Part shown: piece by piece, positions 8,140 through 12,524 of the stretch
Layout of the letters: the number at the start of each line of letters is the position of its first letter
Numbering within the stretch: the first letter of the stretch is position 1
NCBI GenBank assembly: GCA_050177605.1
Contig: JBFXGX010000035.1
Location: 1 to 12,524, forward strand
Direction: 5' to 3'
Length of the DNA stretch: 12,524 nucleotides
DNA from: Candidatus Izemoplasmatales bacterium
GTDB taxonomy: Bacteria; Bacillota_I; Bacilli_A; Izemoplasmatales; Hujiaoplasmataceae
Notes under the pieces: generated by a model
What the model was told of the DNA's origin: nothing
What the model saw: the letters and a program-made list of their open reading frames with translations, nothing else
Databases searched by the model: none
Made by a program: the position numbers and the translations under genes

Positions 8140-8539
8140 AAATATACATAAACTGCCAGTGAATGCCAAACTCATCGACAAGCGATGCATAGTTCTGTGC
8201 AAAAAAAGATTTTCCTGGCGCCATAATCTTTGTTCCACCGATGATTAACATGTCATAAAACCTTGTGACATCATCATACGAGTCACATGCGACAGTCAAA
8301 GTTGTTTGAGTTCCTGCAACGTAGTTCATTGAACTTGGTGTATCTGAAGCATGGAGCCTTGTTTTACCAATCATAAATTCACTATGAAGAATCAGATCCT
8401 TCATTGAATCAGGTCCTTGATAATGAGGCATGTCTTTATATTTCATCGTTTGAATGTCTTTGATGCCAAAGACTTCTGTGTATTTAGAAATAGCTTTTTC
8501 TGCGTTTTGATTAAAACTTAAATAGGTCGTAACGTCCAT
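8138..8539 (-). CDS. VOC-superfamily protein, PhnB/YjdN-like
   Basis: TYLSFNQNAEKAISKYTEVFG, ILHSEFMIG...LHASD, FFAQNYASLVDEFGIHWQF are typical of this family. Confidence 0.88.
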   Translation of the reverse strand: MDVTTYLSFNQNAEKAISKYTEVFGIKDIQTMKYKDMPHYQGPDSMKDLILHSEFMIGKTRLHASDTPSSMNYVAGTQTTLTVACDSYDDVTRFYDMLIIGGTKIMAPGKSFFAQNYASLVDEFGIHWQFMYI

Positions 8540-8547
8540 AGCACTAC

Positions 8548-8898
8548 CTAGTATTGATGCCCAATTTCAGGGACAATACAAATAAACTTAAAAGGGGTGG
8601 TTCCTTCATTTTTAAATTGATGAATTTTATTTCCTGGAACATAAGCATAACTTCCTGCTTCTACAGGATTCAATACACCATCGATTAAGAGACTACCTTT
8701 TCCTTCTATAATGTAATTAATATGTGGCCAAGGATGTGAGTGTTTTGGCGTATAGCCATCCTTTTCTACTTCTATGGTACGCATGACGTATCCATCCCAA
8801 CCTTCGTCTTTCCCTACCATGACCGCAATACGTGCATCTTTTGCTTCACTTGATTTTATTTCTTTAAAGTTTAGTTCACTTATTTTTCCTACTGGCAT
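8548..8898 (-). CDS. Cupin-domain protein (cupin_2 type, 116 aa)
   Basis: Metal motifs TPKHSHPWPH-INYIIEGKG and YVPGNKIHQF. Start moved from 8928 to ATG 8898 (SD AAGGAG). Only 8 nt from the VOC start, so probably one operon. Confidence 0.9.
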   Translation of the reverse strand: MPVGKISELNFKEIKSSEAKDARIAVMVGKDEGWDGYVMRTIEVEKDGYTPKHSHPWPHINYIIEGKGSLLIDGVLNPVEAGSYAYVPGNKIHQFKNEGTTPFKFICIVPEIGHQY

Positions 8899-8926
8899 AT
8901 ATTTCACTCCTTTATTATCTACTATC

Positions 8927-8980
8927 ATTATATCACTAGAAATCGAAACCTTGTTTGATTTTGAATTATTCAGTTATAAT
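8927..8980. promoter_or_regulatory. Back-to-back divergent promoters (cupin-VOC / Smr)
   Basis: Minus strand TGATATAAT (8935-8927). Plus strand TATAAT (8975-8980) with TTGTTT (8951-8956) 18 bp upstream. Confidence 0.6.
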
Positions 8981-9000
8981 AGATTTAAGGAAGTGATAAA

Positions 9001-9330
9001 ATGAAAGAATTTGATATTCATCACAGTATGCCTTCAGTGGAGATGGCTCTTTCTAATCTTGAGGTATATATTCGTATTTCTAAGAGTGAGAAAGTAATAA
9101 AAATCATCCACGGTTATGGTTCTAGTGGTAAAGGTGGTAAAATTAAGAAAGCATTCAGAGAAGAGTGCATTGAATTAAAAAACAAAAAAGTCATCAAAGA
9201 TTATCTTCCTGGAGAGGCAAGTTATCTACCGATGGGATTTGATGAAATCATTCGCAAGTATAAAACGCTGATAGAACGCGATCATGATTTTAAGATTTCA
9301 AATGAAGGAATTACTTATTTATTCTTTTAA
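9001..9330 (+). CDS. Stand-alone Smr-domain protein
   Basis: DIH near the N-terminus, KIIHGYGSSGKGG (HGxG), C-terminal NEGITY; SD AAGGAAG. Confidence 0.85.
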   Translation: MKEFDIHHSMPSVEMALSNLEVYIRISKSEKVIKIIHGYGSSGKGGKIKKAFREECIELKNKKVIKDYLPGEASYLPMGFDEIIRKYKTLIERDHDFKISNEGITYLFF

Positions 9331-9334
9331 AGTT

Positions 9335-9364
9335 AAAAACATCACCCGATTTGGATGATGTTTT
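9335..9364. terminator. Probably bidirectional terminator between the convergent Smr and DUF5662 genes
   Basis: Minus strand CATCATCC-AAATC-GGGTGATG then TTTTT; the plus strand also has a T run after the stem. Confidence 0.7.
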
Positions 9365-9890
9365 ATTTTTTCTTAAATTCTTTTCTGATAAATCGAAACA
9401 ACTCTTTTTCTCCCTCAAGAGATAATTTCGTTAATAAGATCTCTAAATCCTTTTTAGTGTTTTCATGCATCATGATACGATCCTTACTATTTAAGAAATA
9501 GGTCAGTGGAGAAATATTGGTGTAGTCTTTTCCTTGATACGTTTTTGATGCAGCCATACGATCGCACACCATTTCGATTAAATACTTCCTTGGCATTTCA
9601 ATCGGTTCCATTTTCTTGGTTATCGGCGAATAATCAATCCAATATTCAAAATGATGTTTGTTTCTTCCTTTATGATGAATCCAAGCTTTGGAGTACCCAA
9701 AAAGACGACGTTCTTTTTCGTTAGGACTTCTGTTTTCTTGGTAATACTTGACGCCAGTCCAAAACTCTTCATAACTAAATTTTGATAAGTCATGAACCAG
9801 TCCTTGGAAAGGAATACCTGCTTTTCTTGCGTGACGAAATACGAGATGACGATGTTTGATTACTGTTTTTAAATGTCCAAAAAAGTTCAT
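9363..9890 (-). CDS. DUF5662-family HD-type putative phosphohydrolase (175 aa)
   Basis: GH...KHR, VHDLSKFS.EEF, AWIHHKGRNKHHFEYW, EMP..Y..EMVCDRMAASKTY. Start moved from 9929 to ATG 9890 (SD AGGAGG at 9900-9895). Confidence 0.85.
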   Translation of the reverse strand: MNFFGHLKTVIKHRHLVFRHARKAGIPFQGLVHDLSKFSYEEFWTGVKYYQENRSPNEKERRLFGYSKAWIHHKGRNKHHFEYWIDYSPITKKMEPIEMPRKYLIEMVCDRMAASKTYQGKDYTNISPLTYFLNSKDRIMMHENTKKDLEILLTKLSLEGEKELFRFIRKEFKKK

Positions 9891-10008
9891 AGGTCCTCCT
9901 GTAATAAATTGCGGATGACTGTTTGTCAATCACTACATCTATTTTACACCAAAGATATCAAAATAGATGAAAAATAATCATTAGAAATGTGTTGATGTTT
10001 AATCGCTC

Positions 10009-10329
10009 TTATTTTTTGATTGTTCGAGTGATATGTGAAATTTTGTCTGTAGCAATATGATAAATGATTTCTAATTTTATTCCTTCATATTCGTGTGAAA
10101 TCATATTTCTTAGTCCGATGATACTTTTCCAATTAATCATTGGATAATTATTTTTTATGTCTTCGCTTCATTTCTTTGCAGTTTCACCAATCTGTTCTAG
10201 ATTAAGAATAATTGCATCCACTTTTTCAGGATTTGAAGAAAACTCATCAAATGATGCAACATTACGCATATACATTTCTATTTTTTCGCCGTATTTAATT
10301 AATCTCTCAAGATATCTAGTGTCGTTCAT
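10009..10329 (-). pseudogene. HEPN/DUF86 (HepT-like) RNase toxin interrupted by one in-frame TGA
   Basis: Not in the ORF track. Manual translation: MNDTRYLERLIKYGEKIEMYMRNVASFDEFSSNPEKVDAIILNLEQIGETAKK*SEDIKNNYPMINWKSIIGLRNMISHEYEGIKLEIIYHIATDKISHITRTIKK. TGA is codon 54 (10170-10168). The R-N-x3-H-x-Y motif is intact, and the start overlaps the end of the MNT gene. Confidence 0.9.
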
Positions 10330-10813
10330 ATATCAGGATTCCAGTCGAATCAATTTCTTGTTTAATTGTAGAGGATATATCAATTGTAAGGTTACTTAAA
10401 AGCCCTATTTTTTTATGAAGTTTCTCTCTTAATGCTTCAGCAAACGCAAAATAATCTAAGTCAAAAAGTGGTGATTCCATATATAAATCAATATCACTAT
10501 CTTCTTTTGGGTTTCCTTTAATATAGGATCCAAATAAATAAATTTTTTCTACATCATACTCTTTAGCAATCATATTGACTTTTTCTTTAATCGTAAGGAA
10601 AGAAGGAATGACTTCATTATCAGAAACAGCTACATACTCTTCAAGTTTAATTCTAAGTAATCGATCCATCACAAGGTCTACTGTCCATTCACTTGGAATT
10701 CTTGCACCTTGTTCCCAATTTCTTAATGTCTTCACTGGCACTCCAGTTAAAAAAGAAACCTCATCTTGAGTAAGTTTGAGATTGTCTCTTAAAACTTTGA
10801 TTTTATTTGGCAT
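10316..10813 (-). CDS. XRE-HTH + minimal nucleotidyltransferase (MNT) fusion, antitoxin of the HEPN module
   Basis: N-terminal IKVLRDNLKLTQDEVS...VPVKTLRNWEQG HTH; C-terminal IYLFGSYIKGNPKEDSDIDL (GS-x10-DxD); SD GGGGTGA. Confidence 0.92.
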   Translation of the reverse strand: MPNKIKVLRDNLKLTQDEVSFLTGVPVKTLRNWEQGARIPSEWTVDLVMDRLLRIKLEEYVAVSDNEVIPSFLTIKEKVNMIAKEYDVEKIYLFGSYIKGNPKEDSDIDLYMESPLFDLDYFAFAEALREKLHKKIGLLSNLTIDISSTIKQEIDSTGILIYERH

Positions 10814-10830
10814 ATAATCACCCCAGTTAT

Positions 10831-10859
10831 ATTATATACCTCATTGAAGTAGTTGTCAA
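10831..10859 (-). promoter_or_regulatory. Consensus sigmaA promoter of the TA operon
   Basis: Minus strand TTGACA (10859-10854), 17 bp spacer, TATAAT (10836-10831). Confidence 0.88.
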
Positions 10860-10882
10860 AGTATTTATACCCCATTGACGTA
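10835..10882. promoter_or_regulatory. Two operator-like imperfect palindromes
   Basis: TATACCTCATTGAAGTA (10835-10851) and TATACCCCATTGACGTA (10866-10882), 15/17 identical and 31 bp apart. Core dyad is TACnTCAnTGAnGTA. Confidence 0.8.
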
Positions 10883-10913
10883 CATTATTCTTGCTCAAAA
10901 TTAGTGATGACAT

Positions 10914-10948
10914 AAAAACCTGATTCCAATCAAAGTAGGAATCAGGTT
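10914..10948 (-). terminator. Rho-independent terminator after the serpin gene
   Basis: Perfect 11-bp stem AACCTGATTCC/GGAATCAGGTT (10917-10927/10938-10948) ending in a T run on the minus strand. Confidence 0.8.
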
Positions 10949-11013
10949 CATCTCTTTAAAGTATATAATTCGTATCATAGATTCGTTATGCAAGTTCGGT
11001 GATACCAGAACAA

Positions 11014-12204
11014 CTATATAATAGAATAAATATGCCCCATAAATAATGGTATATCATTCGGTGAATAGATAATAAAGACAAAGGGTTGATTAACAAAGAA
11101 TTCAAGGGGAGGTGCCGATGCAGCACAGCCTATTGAAATGGTTGTCGAGGCTACTTTTACACCTTCTTCATCAAGTTCAATCTTCGATACTTGCTTGATA
11201 AGCGATATTTGAAAATCCGATTCTAGTGTTAACGATGGATACTGATTTCCTATTTCATAGATTCTTCCTAGTCCGATTGTATTAAGCATATCTTCAAATT
11301 TGAGGGAGGACTCGGCGCTAAATTTTGGTAAGGTCAAATGAATAGAACGATGATCATATTGATTTTGATCAACCAACAAAGACTTGATGAAATAAGTATC
11401 CTCCAAAACATCATTTAAGACTTTATCTTCAGCTGGAAGTACGAAAGCAATACTAGATCCATCATTCATATAGAATCTTCCTACTTTGGCTAGTTCAGTT
11501 TCTATATAAGTTGCTGAACTAGAGTCTTTGACCATATAGGTTACTGTTGTTTCTTCGTCATTTAAACCAAAAAAAGTACTTTCTATATTGTTCTCTTCTT
11601 TAAATAATTCTTCCCATATTCCTTGGTAATATATTGTATTATCAAAAAGAATATTTGCACTAAGCAAATCTAGAAAATCATTTTCTGACAATTCAAGAAA
11701 GTGATCTGTCCCTTCCGTAATTCTTCTAGCAAGTTCTTCCCCTGCCTCCCCACTAGAAAAATCATACTCCGCTAGTTGATAGTTAAATGAAGGTTGATTT
11801 TCTTCTAGTACTGAAACATTATAATAGTATGGATTATTGTCATAATAGAGAAAGTTTTGAAACCAAAACGATCCTTGTTCGGTCTCAATTTGAATATCAG
11901 AAGTGAAATGTTCGATTTCTAGTAACATGTCTTCCTTACTGAAACCAAAATAGTTTTCAAAGTCTGTTTCAAGTTCATTTCCGGAAAAACTGTAGAGCAT
12001 CATCAATACATAAAACAAGCTTGTTGGAGAATAAACAAGATTATTTGAATGATCTAGTTCATCGAAACTATCGTAAGCAAAATTGATGTAGCCATCATAA
12101 AACGCTGTACTGACAGTAAGATCATCCGCAACAACATATTCGACAACTGGAGCTGAAAAAATAAAGAAAGTAAAAAGGAATACAATAAGTATTTTCTTCA
12201 TCAT
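11014..12204 (-). CDS. Secreted serpin-family protein
   Basis: Signal peptide MMKKILIVFLFTFFIFS; NLVYSPTSL, NTIYYQGIWEELF, LTLPKF, IELDEEGV hinge, FFVNQPFVFII...PLFMGHI serpin signature; SD AGGTGA. Confidence 0.92.
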   Translation of the reverse strand: MMKKILIVFLFTFFIFSAPVVEYVVADDLTVSTAFYDGYINFAYDSFDELDHSNNLVYSPTSLFYVLMMLYSFSGNELETDFENYFGFSKEDMLLEIEHFTSDIQIETEQGSFWFQNFLYYDNNPYYYNVSVLEENQPSFNYQLAEYDFSSGEAGEELARRITEGTDHFLELSENDFLDLLSANILFDNTIYYQGIWEELFKEENNIESTFFGLNDEETTVTYMVKDSSSATYIETELAKVGRFYMNDGSSIAFVLPAEDKVLNDVLEDTYFIKSLLVDQNQYDHRSIHLTLPKFSAESSLKFEDMLNTIGLGRIYEIGNQYPSLTLESDFQISLIKQVSKIELDEEGVKVASTTISIGCAASAPPLEFFVNQPFVFIIYSPNDIPLFMGHIYSII

Positions 12205-12234
12205 ATAAAAATCACCTACCTTCTTGATAAGTTC

Positions 12235-12243
12235 ATTATATCA
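12235..12243 (-). promoter_or_regulatory. Extended -10 promoter of the serpin gene
   Basis: Minus strand TGATATAAT, 30 nt upstream of the start codon. Confidence 0.6.
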
Positions 12244-12289
12244 AAGAATAACAAAAAAGAAATAGTATGAATAAAAAAATGAAACTGTA

Positions 12290-12318
12290 TTTACAAATTG
12301 TCTGAATCGATATATGAT
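12290..12318 (+). promoter_or_regulatory. sigmaA promoter of the DUF898-like gene
   Basis: TTTACA (12290-12295), 17 bp spacer, TATGAT (12313-12318). Confidence 0.65.
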
Positions 12319-12351
12319 GACATTGTTAATTAAATAAAAGGGGGATATACG

Positions 12352-12524
12352 CTGCAAAGAAATGAATCTTATTTTGATGGAAAATTGCTTCAATACATTG
12401 GATGGGCACTTCTTGGAGGAATCATCACTTTTTTAACTTTAGGAATTTGTGCACCATGGGCTTTCACAATGATTTATTCTTGGGAAGCGAAACATACAGT
12501 GATTGAAGGAACAAGACTTGATTT
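12352..12524 (+). CDS. DUF898/YjgN-like membrane protein, 5' part (runs off the window); probable CTG start
   Basis: Not in the ORF track. Frame reads (CTG)QRNESYFDGKLLQYIGWALLGGIITFLTLGICAPWAFTMIYSWEAKHTVIEGTRLD, with the family-like TLGIxxPWA...W...HT.I.G.RL pattern; SD AGGGGGA at 12339-12345. Confidence 0.8.
   Translation, partial: MQRNESYFDGKLLQYIGWALLGGIITFLTLGICAPWAFTMIYSWEAKHTVIEGTRLD

Noticed and set aside
5474..9004. Track ORFs 5474-5656, 6358-6570, 6973-7155, 7161-7343, 7487-7729, 8774-9004
   Set aside because: They overlap better-supported genes and show no family motifs.
9506..10769. Track ORFs 9506-9724, 10157-10399, 10575-10769
   Set aside because: Antisense to the DUF5662, HEPN and MNT genes. 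10157-10399 is the shadow of the real HEPN frame.
10835..10882. 17-bp direct repeat pair as a mini-CRISPR or an att/target duplication
   Set aside because: Only two copies, a 14-bp gap, no cas or integrase gene, and its position in a promoter fits operators better.
10972..11005. GTATCA...TGATAC short IR containing GTTATGC, attC-like
   Set aside because: No paired R''/R' and L boxes, no second copy and no integrase in the window.
12362..12436. 24-codon ORF from ATG 12362 as a small peptide
   Set aside because: SD is too distant, and it overlaps the convincing DUF898-like frame.
1..12524. Genetic code 4 (TGA=Trp) for the whole window
   Set aside because: All counted Trp codons are TGG, the long genes are uninterrupted under code 11, and the only in-frame TGA is at a site where Trp is not expected.

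Overview
Low-GC chromosomal window from a Bacillota/Mollicutes-related bacterium. Gene style suggests Izemoplasmatales/Acholeplasmatales, which is inference only. The left half is housekeeping, all on the minus strand: the 5' part of a DeoR-family regulator, the SRP cluster ftsY-ylxM-ffh, and topA. The right half is accessory: a stand-alone Rgg/XRE-type HTH, a membrane diguanylate cyclase with a partner membrane protein, a cupin-VOC pair divergent from a stand-alone Smr protein, a DUF5662-type HD protein, and an XRE-MNT/HEPN toxin-antitoxin module. It ends with a secreted serpin and the start of a DUF898-like membrane protein that has no in-frame ATG (probable CTG start). The HEPN toxin is missing from the ORF track because it carries a single in-frame TGA. 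Several promoters, operators and terminators can be read directly. No rRNA, tRNA, CRISPR array or transposase was seen. All family assignments come from motif recognition, not database searches.
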